Virus record (IMG/VR): IMGVR_UViG_3300008110_000109
Location: 1-60,110 of that record
Source of the DNA: a virus
Taxonomy: Duplodnaviria; Caudoviricetes
Direction: 5' to 3' (one strand)
DNA: 60,110 bases
Notes under the pieces: model-generated
Databases searched by the model: none
What the model was told of the DNA's origin: nothing
What the model saw: only the letters and a program-made list of their open reading frames with translations
Part shown: piece after piece, positions 5,771 to 14,460 of the stretch
Layout of the letters: each line of letters begins with the position of its first letter
Numbering within the stretch: the stretch's first letter is position 1
Position numbers and translations under genes: made by a program

Positions 5771-5923
5771 ATGCCAATGTATGAAACAACTGTAAGAACA
5801 CCCGGTGGTGAAGAAAAGAAAAGAATCTATGCGGATACACCGCAAGAGGCTAAAAAACTTTTTGAACAACTGTACGGTGGACCAAGAGCAGTTCCATACA
5901 TTCCACATATTGTACCAAGTTAA
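5771..5923 (+). CDS. Hypothetical protein (50 aa); not in ORF track
   Basis: AAGGA RBS; MPMYETTVRTPGGEEKKRIYADTPQEAKKLFEQLYGG; fills inter-tRNA gap. Confidence 0.7.
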   Translation: MPMYETTVRTPGGEEKKRIYADTPQEAKKLFEQLYGGPRAVPYIPHIVPS

Positions 5924-5927
5924 CAGA

Positions 5928-6001
5928 CGCGGGTTAGAGAAACGGTAACTCAAGAGTCTCATAAGCTCTAGATCCTGGTTCGATTCCGGGACCCGCAACC
6001 A
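5928..6001 (+). tRNA. tRNA-fMet-like (CAT)
   Basis: C1:A72 mismatch, loop CTCATAA, CCA; lacks the full three G-C anticodon-stem pairs. Confidence 0.85.
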
Positions 6002-6016
6002 ATTTAGGAGAACGCA

Positions 6017-6214
6017 ATGATAAAAAATAAAATCAAGCCCGTTCGACTGAAGAACGTTTTTAATAATCAAGAAGTCATTTGTGACGATTATACTAACGTT
6101 CGGACTATCGACGGCAACGACTTCGTCGAAGTCCATTTTGAAAATCAAACTCGAAAATTTTGGCTTAACAAAGGACCTTTAGAAAAGGTAAAAGAGAAGT
6201 CCAAAAAGAGTTGA
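6017..6214 (+). CDS. Hypothetical protein
   Basis: AGGAG RBS, 65 aa. Confidence 0.75.
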   Translation: MIKNKIKPVRLKNVFNNQEVICDDYTNVRTIDGNDFVEVHFENQTRKFWLNKGPLEKVKEKSKKS

Positions 6215-6239
6215 CAATAATTCAAATCTATACTATAAT
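6211..6239 (+). promoter_or_regulatory. sigma70-type promoter for the RNA + Ro60-like unit
   Basis: TTGACA-17 nt-TATAAT. Confidence 0.9.
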
Positions 6240-6276
6240 AGACACATAGCAAGCAGAGATGCTTGTAGAAAGTTTT

Positions 6277-6442
6277 AGGATCGGTACAGCAACATTCATA
6301 TTACTATGAATCGTTGGACCCTATGGTAGTTCGTTGGAGCGAAGCAGGTAAAACTGCCTAGCGTTGAAGGCGGCTATTGAAATAGACCAACAAGCTCAGA
6401 GTGATGGCCTGAGTAAAATAAAAGCAGTCAACAACGATCCTG
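6277..6442 (+). ncRNA. ACAGCAA-stem RNA copy 4
   Basis: AGGATCG-GT-ACAGCAA...CGATCCTG; internal ATTCATA/TATGAAT, GTTGG/CCAAC, GCAG/CTGC, CTCAG/CTGAG helices. Confidence 0.8.
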
Positions 6443-6453
6443 TTTGTATTCCT

Positions 6454-6683
6454 AGGATGACTACAGCAATCTAAAATACTCTGAACTCCAGCTATAGAAA
6501 GTGGTCGCAGGACACAGTAGAAATACTGTTCTAGAAATAGACACTCAAGGAATAGCTAGGCCGGCAAAGTCCGGATATGATGTACATACAGAAAAACATG
6601 TAATAGGCAACATGAATGTTGCTAGGGTCTGAGTGCCGTAATTGATCAGACCAGAAAATAAACAAATTGGCACGATCATCCTG
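6454..6683 (+). ncRNA. ACAGCAA-stem RNA copy 5
   Basis: AGGATGA-CT-ACAGCAA...TCATCCTG; GAAA-tetraloop hairpins and a possible GTGCC/GGCAC pseudoknot. Confidence 0.8.
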
Positions 6684-6691
6684 TTAAATTT

Positions 6692-6745
6692 AGAATGTTA
6701 ACAGCAACTTTAATTTTCAAGCATATCGAAAAACAATACATTCTG
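6692..6745 (+). ncRNA. ACAGCAA-stem RNA copy 6, in the leader of the Ro60-like gene
   Basis: AGAATGT-TA-ACAGCAA...ACATTCTG; internal TTTTC/GAAAA hairpin. Confidence 0.75.
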
Positions 6746-6759
6746 TAAAGGTAATTAAA

Positions 6760-8172
6760 ATGAACGCATTTGTAAACGCAATCGCAAATCAAGAAGCCCG
6801 TACTGCTAATGGCATGAAGGCTCGTAAGTCAACTGCTTCGGCGTGTGTTGACCTGTTCTACAAGATCGGCGCAAGCCGTGGTAAGGACATCACAGGCGAC
6901 TTCACTGCCGCCTACGTGGAAAACAGTGATGTAGCACTACGTATCGCACAATGGGCACGTGATGTCCGTGGTGGTGCAGGTGAACGTCAACTGTTCCGCG
7001 ACATTCTAGTACATCTAGAAAAGCGTGACCCAGACGCCGCTTTGGCTTTGCTTCGCAAGGTTCCAGAAGTGGGTCGTTGGGATGACATCTTTGTCTTCCA
7101 AAGCCCAGTTCTGAAGTCAGCCGCTTATACCATGTTGGGTGATGCCCTACGTGCTAGTAACGGACTGGCTGCAAAGTGGACTCCTCGTAAGGGTCAGATT
7201 GCCGCTGAAGTTCGTGCCTTCTTTGGCATGACTCCAAAGCAATACCGTAAGAGCCTTGTGGCACTTACAAAGGTTGTTGAAACCCAGATGTGTGCTGGAG
7301 ACTGGGATAACATCAACTTCAGTCACGTTCCTTCTGTAGCGTCTCGACTATACAAGAAGGCATTCAACCGTCACAGCCCAGCGTTCGCTGAGTATGTTGC
7401 CAAGTTGGTAAGTGGTGATAAGACTGTTAAGGTTAACGCCTCTGCAATCTTCCCACATGACGTGTTGAAGGGAGTGATCGGTAGCTACCGTGCAACTTTA
7501 GACAAGACAGAAACTGACCACATTGTGGCACAGTGGGACAGCTTGCCTAACTACGTTGGAGATGCCAGCATCATGCCAATCGTAGACGTTAGCGGTTCTA
7601 TGTCCTGCCCAGCAGGCAAGAACACTAATGTAACTTGCATGGATGTTTCAATCAGCTTGGGCTTGTACCTAGCAGATAAGAACAAGGGTGTGTTCAAGGA
7701 CACTTTCTTGACTTTCTCAGACAAGCCACAACTTGTTACTCTAAAGGGTAACATTGTTGACAAGGTTGCTCAAATGAGCAAGAGTGATTGGGACATGAGT
7801 ACTAACCTACATGCGGCTATGAACAAGATTCTAGACGTAGCGGTTAAGAACTCAGTACCACAAAGTGACATGCCAGGCATGTTGCTGATCTTGTCAGACA
7901 TGCAGTTTAACCAATGCGCCCGTTACGACGATAGCGCAATGCAAATGATCGAACGCAAGTTCGCAGATGCAGGTTACACTGTGCCACAGATTGTTTTCTG
8001 GAACCTAAACAGTTCAGACAACGTACCTGTAAAGGCAGACAAGAGTGGTGCCGCATTGGTAAGTGGATTCAGTCCATCAATCATGACTAGCTTGCTAGCC
8101 GCTGATTTGGACCAGTTCACTCCAGAAGGCATCATGCTTAAGACTGTAATGAGTGATCGTTACAAGTTGTAA
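6760..8172 (+). CDS. Ro60/TROVE-like RNA-binding protein with C-terminal vWA domain (DUF2828-type)
   Basis: RDVRGGAGER, GRWDD, LAAKWTPR in the helical region; MIDAS DVSGS, STN, ILSDMQF and VFWNL in the vWA domain. Confidence 0.8.
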   Translation: MNAFVNAIANQEARTANGMKARKSTASACVDLFYKIGASRGKDITGDFTAAYVENSDVALRIAQWARDVRGGAGERQLFRDILVHLEKRDPDAALALLRKVPEVGRWDDIFVFQSPVLKSAAYTMLGDALRASNGLAAKWTPRKGQIAAEVRAFFGMTPKQYRKSLVALTKVVETQMCAGDWDNINFSHVPSVASRLYKKAFNRHSPAFAEYVAKLVSGDKTVKVNASAIFPHDVLKGVIGSYRATLDKTETDHIVAQWDSLPNYVGDASIMPIVDVSGSMSCPAGKNTNVTCMDVSISLGLYLADKNKGVFKDTFLTFSDKPQLVTLKGNIVDKVAQMSKSDWDMSTNLHAAMNKILDVAVKNSVPQSDMPGMLLILSDMQFNQCARYDDSAMQMIERKFADAGYTVPQIVFWNLNSSDNVPVKADKSGAALVSGFSPSIMTSLLAADLDQFTPEGIMLKTVMSDRYKL

Positions 8173-8201
8173 ACTGTTGTAGAAATACAACAAAGTTTGG
8201 G

Positions 8202-8226
8202 TAGCACCTTCGGGTGCTATTTTTTT
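8202..8226 (+). terminator. Rho-independent terminator
   Basis: TAGCACC-TTCG-GGTGCTA followed by T7. Confidence 0.9.
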
Positions 8227-8229
8227 AGG

Positions 8230-8258
8230 TTGACGAAACCAAAATTAGATAGTATAAT
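8230..8258 (+). promoter_or_regulatory. sigma70-type promoter
   Basis: TTGACG-17 nt-TATAAT. Confidence 0.8.
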
Positions 8259-8279
8259 ATTTTTATACAGGAGCAAAAA

Positions 8280-8474
8280 ATGCAAGTCTCAAGAATACAA
8301 CAACATCAAATACAAGAATACAATCTTGAACAACGTCGTCTTCAAGAAAAGCGCGAGGAAGACTATCGTAAACTTGTAGAACGTAGAAATTTTGAACAAA
8401 TTGTTGCAGAACGTATAGAAAGAAATATTCGTTTAGATTTGGACAAAGGTCGAAATATTGACATTGAATGTTAA
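8280..8474 (+). CDS. Hypothetical coiled-coil protein
   Basis: AGGAG RBS, 64 aa, ends KGRNIDIEC. Confidence 0.75.
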   Translation: MQVSRIQQHQIQEYNLEQRRLQEKREEDYRKLVERRNFEQIVAERIERNIRLDLDKGRNIDIEC

Positions 8475-8483
8475 GGAGCGATT

Positions 8484-8951
8484 ATGCCATGGATTGAAAA
8501 CGTAGCGGCAGATGATATCCCAAAAAGATTTCATCACGAAGCCGGAGAGAACTCAATGCTGATCAGCATTGTTGATCCAGCTAGTTGGCGTCCTACTCCT
8601 ACACACAAGTTCAAAGAGATTCATAACTTTGAATTTCTAGATGTAGAAGAAAAGGATAAAGTATTAGAAGAAGCAATGAAGTGCAGTCAAGAACAGGCCA
8701 ATGAACTTGTTCGATTACTGCAACACGCACTAGACAATCATATGAATGTTGTTGTTCATTGCTATGCAGGCATTTGCCGTTCGGGTGCGGTCTGTGAAGT
8801 TGGTGTAATGATGGGCTTCCAGGATACTGGTCGCTTTCGCAGTCCTAACCTGCTAGTCAAGCATCGCATGATGAAGGCCTTGGGTTGGACCTACGATGAA
8901 GATGAAAAGCCAAACGTTGATGATTGGCGAACTTTTACTAATAATTTTTAA
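8484..8951 (+). CDS. Cys-based PTP/dual-specificity phosphatase-like protein
   Basis: HCYAGICRS (CX5R) active site. Confidence 0.85.
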   Translation: MPWIENVAADDIPKRFHHEAGENSMLISIVDPASWRPTPTHKFKEIHNFEFLDVEEKDKVLEEAMKCSQEQANELVRLLQHALDNHMNVVVHCYAGICRSGAVCEVGVMMGFQDTGRFRSPNLLVKHRMMKALGWTYDEDEKPNVDDWRTFTNNF

Positions 8952-8965
8952 GAAAGGAGGGCACT

Positions 8966-9568
8966 ATGCCTAGTGTATTTTTAGTAAGCGACACGCACTT
9001 TGGTCACATGGGTGTATGCCGCTTTACACGTAACGATGGTGTTACCAAGTTACGTCCTTGGGATAGTCCAGAAGAAATGGACGAAGCTATGATCAAGGCT
9101 TGGAACGAACGTGTCAAGCCCACAGACAAAGTCTATCATTTAGGCGATGTTGTTATTAACCGCAGAGCATTACCCACGTTAGCCCGTTTAAACGGAGACA
9201 AGGTCTTAATCCGCGGTAACCACGACATCTTCCGTGACGACGAGTATAGGGCTTACTTCCGTGAGTTACGTGCCTACCATGTGATGAACGGGATGATCTT
9301 AAGCCATATTCCGTTACACAGTGACTCGATGGGTCGTTTTGGAGTTAACATTCATGGACATACTCACGCTAACCGCGTGAAGAAAGCACGTGGCGTTGAC
9401 GCACGTACAGGAGAGATTTTGTACAGTGATGAAAACGATGTTCGTTACCATTGCGTTTGCGTGGAACAAACAGACTTTGCGCCCATCTTATTTGAAGACG
9501 TCATTGCCCGTATTGAAGCTGAAGGTGGTAGTGTAGGTTTTAAAAACGGCAATGGCCCAACAATGTAA
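8966..9568 (+). CDS. Calcineurin-like metallophosphoesterase
   Basis: DTHFGH, LGD, GNHD, HGHTH. Confidence 0.9.
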   Translation: MPSVFLVSDTHFGHMGVCRFTRNDGVTKLRPWDSPEEMDEAMIKAWNERVKPTDKVYHLGDVVINRRALPTLARLNGDKVLIRGNHDIFRDDEYRAYFRELRAYHVMNGMILSHIPLHSDSMGRFGVNIHGHTHANRVKKARGVDARTGEILYSDENDVRYHCVCVEQTDFAPILFEDVIARIEAEGGSVGFKNGNGPTM

Positions 9569-9577
9569 GGAGATTGT

Positions 9578-9769
9578 ATGTATCTATGTAGAGAAGAAGT
9601 TGTAAAAATTTTAGACACTATGGATAAATTTCCTGAAGCAACATCCTTTGAGTTGGTTCAGGATAACCATAGTGGTATTGGTAGTGTAACTAGTTTGATT
9701 GTACGTACTACAATTAACGGGCTAGACGGCGAATTTAAAACAGAAATTTCAGGTGTGGAGAATTGGTAA
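9578..9769 (+). CDS. Hypothetical protein
   Basis: AAGGAG RBS, 63 aa, in operon. Confidence 0.75.
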   Translation: MYLCREEVVKILDTMDKFPEATSFELVQDNHSGIGSVTSLIVRTTINGLDGEFKTEISGVENW

Positions 9770-10094
9770 TGCCTAAATGCTATCAGTTAATTGGAGTGCC
9801 TGCCAGCGGTAAAAGCACATGGGTTAAAAATCAAGACATGCTCGAAAGCACGGGCATGATATTATTTGGGACCAAACTAGCACCACTGTTAAAAGTCGTG
9901 CCAAGAAGTTCCGTATGTTGCCAGACTATGAGCACATTGCTGTGGTGTTTAAGACGCCTGAACACGAGGAACTCATGACTCGTTTGTTAAGCCGTCCTGG
10001 TAAAGAGATTCCTGATCATGTTATCGCTAGTATGATTGCCAGCTGGGAAGATCCCACAGAAGAAGAAGGATTTAAAGAAATTTGGTACACATAA
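9769..10094 (+). pseudogene. P-loop (AAA_33/polynucleotide-kinase-like) kinase, frameshifted near 9837
   Basis: GVPASGKST in one frame; ...IIWDQTSTTVKSR...EGFKEIWYT* in another frame. Confidence 0.75.
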
Positions 10095-10110
10095 GTTATG
10101 TATGCAGTTA

Positions 10111-10136
10111 ATAGGGCCTCCGGGCCCTATTTTTTT
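10111..10136 (+). terminator. Rho-independent terminator
   Basis: ATAGGGCC-TCCG-GGCCCTAT + T6. Confidence 0.9.
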
Positions 10137-10141
10137 GGTTG

Positions 10142-10149
10142 TATAAATA
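10142..10149 (+). promoter_or_regulatory. T4-type late promoter
   Basis: TATAAATA upstream of a structural gene. Confidence 0.65.
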
Positions 10150-10223
10150 CAATAGTAGAGATAAAGGTTTAAATGCCAAAAAAGAATAAATACTCATAAC
10201 TAGGTAATACCAGGAGTTATTAC

Positions 10224-11651
10224 ATGCCATTGCAATTACGAAGGGGCACAAACGCCCAAAGATTAACAATAACACCGCTACAGGGTGAAATAATTTACAC
10301 TACAGATACTAAAAATCTATATGTAGGGGACGGAACAACTGTAGGGGGAACTGTCATAGCCGGTGGCGGTAGTGGCGGAAGCTACACTGACGCAGACGCT
10401 CAAGCAGCGGCAGCAGCATTGTTTACCGATGCCACGCATACAGGAATAACATTTGTCTATGACAGCGTTTTAGAAACCCTTACTGCTACAGTTACCGGTG
10501 GCGTTGATGCTGAACAGGTTCGAGATATTGCATCTTTAATGATGACCAGCGGAGCACACGCTGGAATAACATTAACCTACAGAGATGTAGATGATGCACT
10601 AGATTTTGAACTAGATCTTGATTATTTAAGGGACGAAACTTATGCATCTCTTATCAGCGGAATTCAAACTGGAATAACAGTTACTCAAGAACTCACTGGT
10701 GAAATTAATCTTGATGTTGACCTTGGAATACAAAATTTAAATGATGTAGATCTTACTGCTCCTACACCAGTAGCAGGTGATGTTCTAGCATACGATGGAA
10801 CATTTTGGGGTCCAACTCAAAAAATAGCAGCAGTAGAAGATGACCTAGCTCCAATACTAGGAGGCGCACTAGATTTAAACAATTATAATATCACAGGCAC
10901 TGGAGATATTGTTATAACAGGCACTGCTGAACTTGATGGAATTTATATTCCTCCAACTACACTAGGTGGATTAAGCATCCACACTGAGGGATCGCTAAAC
11001 GACGATTATGATCTGTTTACTATTTCCACATGGGGAGATACAGACCTTGGTGCTGGTATGGACTTCTCTAGAGCTAGAGGAACTGTTGCAAGTCCGACTA
11101 CAATACAAAATGGTGACGTTGTATGGACAATATCTTATAATGCTCTTGGTACAGTAAACTACGGTGCTGCCGCTTATACTACTGTTACTGTAGATGGCGC
11201 ACCTGGCGCAGAAGCAATTCCTGGTAGATTTAACATTTACACAGGAACAAACAGACTTGACGAATTTACCGTTGCCTTAAGCGTTGGCGCTAATGGTGAA
11301 GTTACTCTTACCAATAACACAGTTGAAGCAGGACTAGGTGCTGGAGAAGTTGACACTGGTAGTGGTGCATTAACATACCTCAAAGTAGTTTTAAATACCA
11401 GCAACCTAGGAGCAACACTGGCCACAGGTACTGCTATAGTTACTCTTACCTACGGTTCAACACAGGGTCTATTTGCTGGACAGGTATTTACAATCCAAAG
11501 CGGCACAGGAGAATTTGGTGTAGCAGCAGAGATATTATCTGTAGACAGTCTTACACAGGTAACTATGAGTGTAGATCATGCTGTTGCTGGTGCAGTTGTA
11601 TTTGGTACTACCAAAGAGTTTGCACTACCGTTGTTTGGACTTAATCCTTAA
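10224..11651 (+). CDS. Tail fibre / virion structural protein
   Basis: N-terminal LQLRRGT...GEIIYTTDTKNLYVGDG (Mtd/hyaluronidase-type N-domain); G/T/A-rich, acidic. Confidence 0.75.
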   Translation: MPLQLRRGTNAQRLTITPLQGEIIYTTDTKNLYVGDGTTVGGTVIAGGGSGGSYTDADAQAAAAALFTDATHTGITFVYDSVLETLTATVTGGVDAEQVRDIASLMMTSGAHAGITLTYRDVDDALDFELDLDYLRDETYASLISGIQTGITVTQELTGEINLDVDLGIQNLNDVDLTAPTPVAGDVLAYDGTFWGPTQKIAAVEDDLAPILGGALDLNNYNITGTGDIVITGTAELDGIYIPPTTLGGLSIHTEGSLNDDYDLFTISTWGDTDLGAGMDFSRARGTVASPTTIQNGDVVWTISYNALGTVNYGAAAYTTVTVDGAPGAEAIPGRFNIYTGTNRLDEFTVALSVGANGEVTLTNNTVEAGLGAGEVDTGSGALTYLKVVLNTSNLGATLATGTAIVTLTYGSTQGLFAGQVFTIQSGTGEFGVAAEILSVDSLTQVTMSVDHAVAGAVVFGTTKEFALPLFGLNP

Positions 11652-12234
11652 TTAGAAAATCTATATTGTTATAGAATCTAAAAGTAGCGACAGTACGATG
11701 TGCCGCATGTGGGTTGAATACTCCATGCGGCACATTTATTCTTAATAGTGCAGGTTGATTCAGCTCAAATCTATGCACTTCTTTAACCGAACTATGTTGT
11801 AATCCTCCACAGCCGTGCCACGGATAATACACTTCGGGTGCATCATCTAATCTTTCGTAAAAGAATGTTGTACTGCCTTCGCAGTTTTCCAAGGGAATGT
11901 TAACAGCAAATGTTGGATTAAACTGTGTATCCAAATCAGTGTAGTATTCTGGATTGTCCTGTGCATCTTGATGAATAAAAATAGACAAGGGATCTTCGTG
12001 ATCGGTGACAGTGATATCTTTTGGCGGAGTAGTAAAATAAATCAGTTGGTGCATCTGCAGGCCAACACTGGCAAAGTCTTTGATAAGATTGGGCATGTGA
12101 AGTTTTACTTCATCGTCAAAATGGCACCACCACCACATGTCGGGACTGTACTTACCAGCACTATAGTAAAAATCAATAAGATCTTTTTGATGTTGCTGCC
12201 AATTAGGTATATGTACGTATTTAGAATATATCAT
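11641..12234 (-). CDS. 2OG-Fe(II) oxygenase/cupin-like protein
   Basis: HQD...PHGVFN...R. Confidence 0.55.
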   Translation of the reverse strand: MIYSKYVHIPNWQQHQKDLIDFYYSAGKYSPDMWWWCHFDDEVKLHMPNLIKDFASVGLQMHQLIYFTTPPKDITVTDHEDPLSIFIHQDAQDNPEYYTDLDTQFNPTFAVNIPLENCEGSTTFFYERLDDAPEVYYPWHGCGGLQHSSVKEVHRFELNQPALLRINVPHGVFNPHAAHRTVATFRFYNNIDFLIKD

Positions 12235-12788
12235 TCAAATGCCCATTTCTTTACAAACAAGAACATAGTAATGCGCCAGCCATCCGTACGGTTCCAGCCC
12301 GAGTGCGGAACTTGTCCATTAAACACAATCGATTCACCTACTTTGTTACCTGTTACCTTCCCGTCAATTTGTAATGCTAATAGATTAGGATCTTCGCTGG
12401 GTATAAACACACCTACAACAATATTATAAATTGAAGTTTCTGCATACGGCGGAAGATCATCACTGTCAACATGATCCGGGATAGTAGAGTTTGGACCAAT
12501 AAAATTAAACAAAGCTCTTTCGACACCCTGCATGTTTTTTAAATATTCTGTTACTGGTGCAAATTTACTTTTAACAATTTCATGTATATGATCATTGGTT
12601 CCTACCTGATCATATACGTGTAGCACAAACCAGTTAACATCGTCACGCTGTTCTTGATCTTTTAAATCTATAACTTGATCTCTTAATTCAAACCAACTGT
12701 TGGCATCGTGATTAAAACATCCTCTGGCAATGTCTGCCAGCGTACTAATCTTATGATGGTCTTTGTATTTTGTGCTTTCGATTATCAT
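12231..12788 (-). CDS. Asp/Asn beta-hydroxylase-like 2OG-Fe(II) oxygenase
   Basis: IPDHVD...PHSGWN...R. Confidence 0.7.
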   Translation of the reverse strand: MIIESTKYKDHHKISTLADIARGCFNHDANSWFELRDQVIDLKDQEQRDDVNWFVLHVYDQVGTNDHIHEIVKSKFAPVTEYLKNMQGVERALFNFIGPNSTIPDHVDSDDLPPYAETSIYNIVVGVFIPSEDPNLLALQIDGKVTGNKVGESIVFNGQVPHSGWNRTDGWRITMFLFVKKWAFE

Positions 12789-13960
12789 GGTACTCTAAAT
12801 AAGTGTGTAAATCCTGTTTGCCTAAACCATTTCTTAATATCAGCGTCGGCTATTAGGAAATCATTTTTAAGACGATCTAACATTGTTTCATTTTCATCAA
12901 CAATCTGCATAAATCTTAAAAAGTTACTATCTATATCTTTTTGTATGCTTCGTTGATTTTCTCTAGCATGATCTAAAAAATACACTGTGTTTGAAACTAC
13001 TGCATCCATTCTAGTATCATAGTTGTCAATATACGCATATCCAGGAATACACAGATATTTATCTACTGTTTTTAAGCCACGATCCTGCAGATAATTATAT
13101 CGATCTATGCTGTCAGCTAAAATGATAGGATGTCTATTGACCACAGCTCGCCACGTTTTTTCAGTAAGAAACCTACTGTCAGTGGCAGGATAGTAGACAT
13201 GTCCTTCTGACACAATACTTAAACTAGTGTTCCAAAAGATATTTGGATCCATCCAATTAGGATCTTTGATAAACTCTTGTTTATTGATCGATCCTGTTGA
13301 CCATTCTTTGCCTGTGAGTCTGCTGTATTCTTTGGCATTGCTGTACAGGTCATCAACTGATTGATCACAGAAATTAATAAAGTGGTTGTATTCTGCATCA
13401 GAATACTTTTTCAAATGTTCTCTACACCAAGTTTTATCTTCATCAGTCCACGGAGGAAAGAAACTCCATGATCCTTTTGATAACAATTTCTTATCATAGA
13501 ATTTACTCAGCAGTCCTATTCTGTTTGGTCTTGAAGGTACTCCAGTAAGAAACAAAAATCTTCCTGCTGACGAGTTCCATGGTAGTACTTGATCTAAACG
13601 ATCTTTGTAGCTTTCCCAGACACAGCCTACACTATAGTCCCAGAATAAAATTTGATAGCCTAAATTTCTTTTGTTTAATTCTTGTTGGTATTGCTCGCAG
13701 ATGCCAGCGATAAGGTATAGATTTTTTACACCTTTTAATCTAGCATACTTTTCTACTCTGCCTAACAGGGCATAAAAGTCTTCGTTGTTTCTATACAAGA
13801 ATCCTTCGCAGAGTAATAGTCCAAATATTGTATCAACAGGCACAGCACGATCTATATCTTTGTAGATCAAATCTTCTAGTGCAGTATAAATTTTATTCTG
13901 ATCCTGTACTTCGTCATCAGTATACCAAAGTTCAAAATTAATTAGTTCCGCTTTCTTCAT
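12785..13960 (-). CDS. Putative glycosyltransferase-like protein
   Basis: SIVSE...FLTEKTWRA motif reminiscent of the GT10 C-terminus; paralog of 17610-18944. Confidence 0.45.
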   Translation of the reverse strand: MKKAELINFELWYTDDEVQDQNKIYTALEDLIYKDIDRAVPVDTIFGLLLCEGFLYRNNEDFYALLGRVEKYARLKGVKNLYLIAGICEQYQQELNKRNLGYQILFWDYSVGCVWESYKDRLDQVLPWNSSAGRFLFLTGVPSRPNRIGLLSKFYDKKLLSKGSWSFFPPWTDEDKTWCREHLKKYSDAEYNHFINFCDQSVDDLYSNAKEYSRLTGKEWSTGSINKQEFIKDPNWMDPNIFWNTSLSIVSEGHVYYPATDSRFLTEKTWRAVVNRHPIILADSIDRYNYLQDRGLKTVDKYLCIPGYAYIDNYDTRMDAVVSNTVYFLDHARENQRSIQKDIDSNFLRFMQIVDENETMLDRLKNDFLIADADIKKWFRQTGFTHLFRVP

Positions 13961-14460
13961 TCTATATACCCTGTTATCTGTAACGTATAACGATCTATGT
14001 GACCTAGGTTAGCAGCCATATGCGGTGTAGTACCAGTCCAGAAGAACCAGTCACCTGCTCTCCACTTTATATGAGAATCATTGGCAACTTCTGAAATGTG
14101 CCCAGGCGCCCAATCTTCTAGAAATACTATTATCCTACAAACGTCTGAAATAGCCAGTGTCGGATTAGTCTTAAGAAAGTAAGCATATTGATCTGTATGA
14201 TAAGGAAGAATCATTCCAGGCAGCATTTTTTGAATTGCAAACAGCGGATTCTTTACTCTAAAGAAAAACTTTTTAAAGTATTCTTCTTTGTCAGAATCAA
14301 TGCCTTTGTGTATGTGCGCTATAATTGATTCGTGTTTATATCTATTGTAGTCTTCTGTGTCTACAAACTGGAACCCTGTGAGAGGAGCATAGTGGGCTTC
14401 GTAGACTAATTCTCTATGCCAATTATTAAACTGACCTAACTCTACGTTGCCCTGTATCAT
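13957..14460 (-). CDS. 2OG-Fe(II) oxygenase/cupin-like protein
   Basis: PYHTD...HMAANLG...R. Confidence 0.65.
   Translation of the reverse strand: MIQGNVELGQFNNWHRELVYEAHYAPLTGFQFVDTEDYNRYKHESIIAHIHKGIDSDKEEYFKKFFFRVKNPLFAIQKMLPGMILPYHTDQYAYFLKTNPTLAISDVCRIIVFLEDWAPGHISEVANDSHIKWRAGDWFFWTGTTPHMAANLGHIDRYTLQITGYIE

Noticed and set aside
454-6148. ORF-track entries overlapping tRNAs (454, 1190, 4098, 4342, 4618, 5201, 5442, 5560, 5609)
   Set aside because: Shadow frames of tRNA genes or of better-supported small ORFs; no RBS or protein motifs.
571-6745. ACAGCAA repeats as a CRISPR array
   Set aside because: Irregular spacing, each unit closed by its own complementary strand, structured interiors, no cas genes in the window.
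9820-9845. Programmed frameshift in the kinase gene
   Set aside because: No convincing slippery heptamer at the junction, and the joined product still appears to lack an internal segment.
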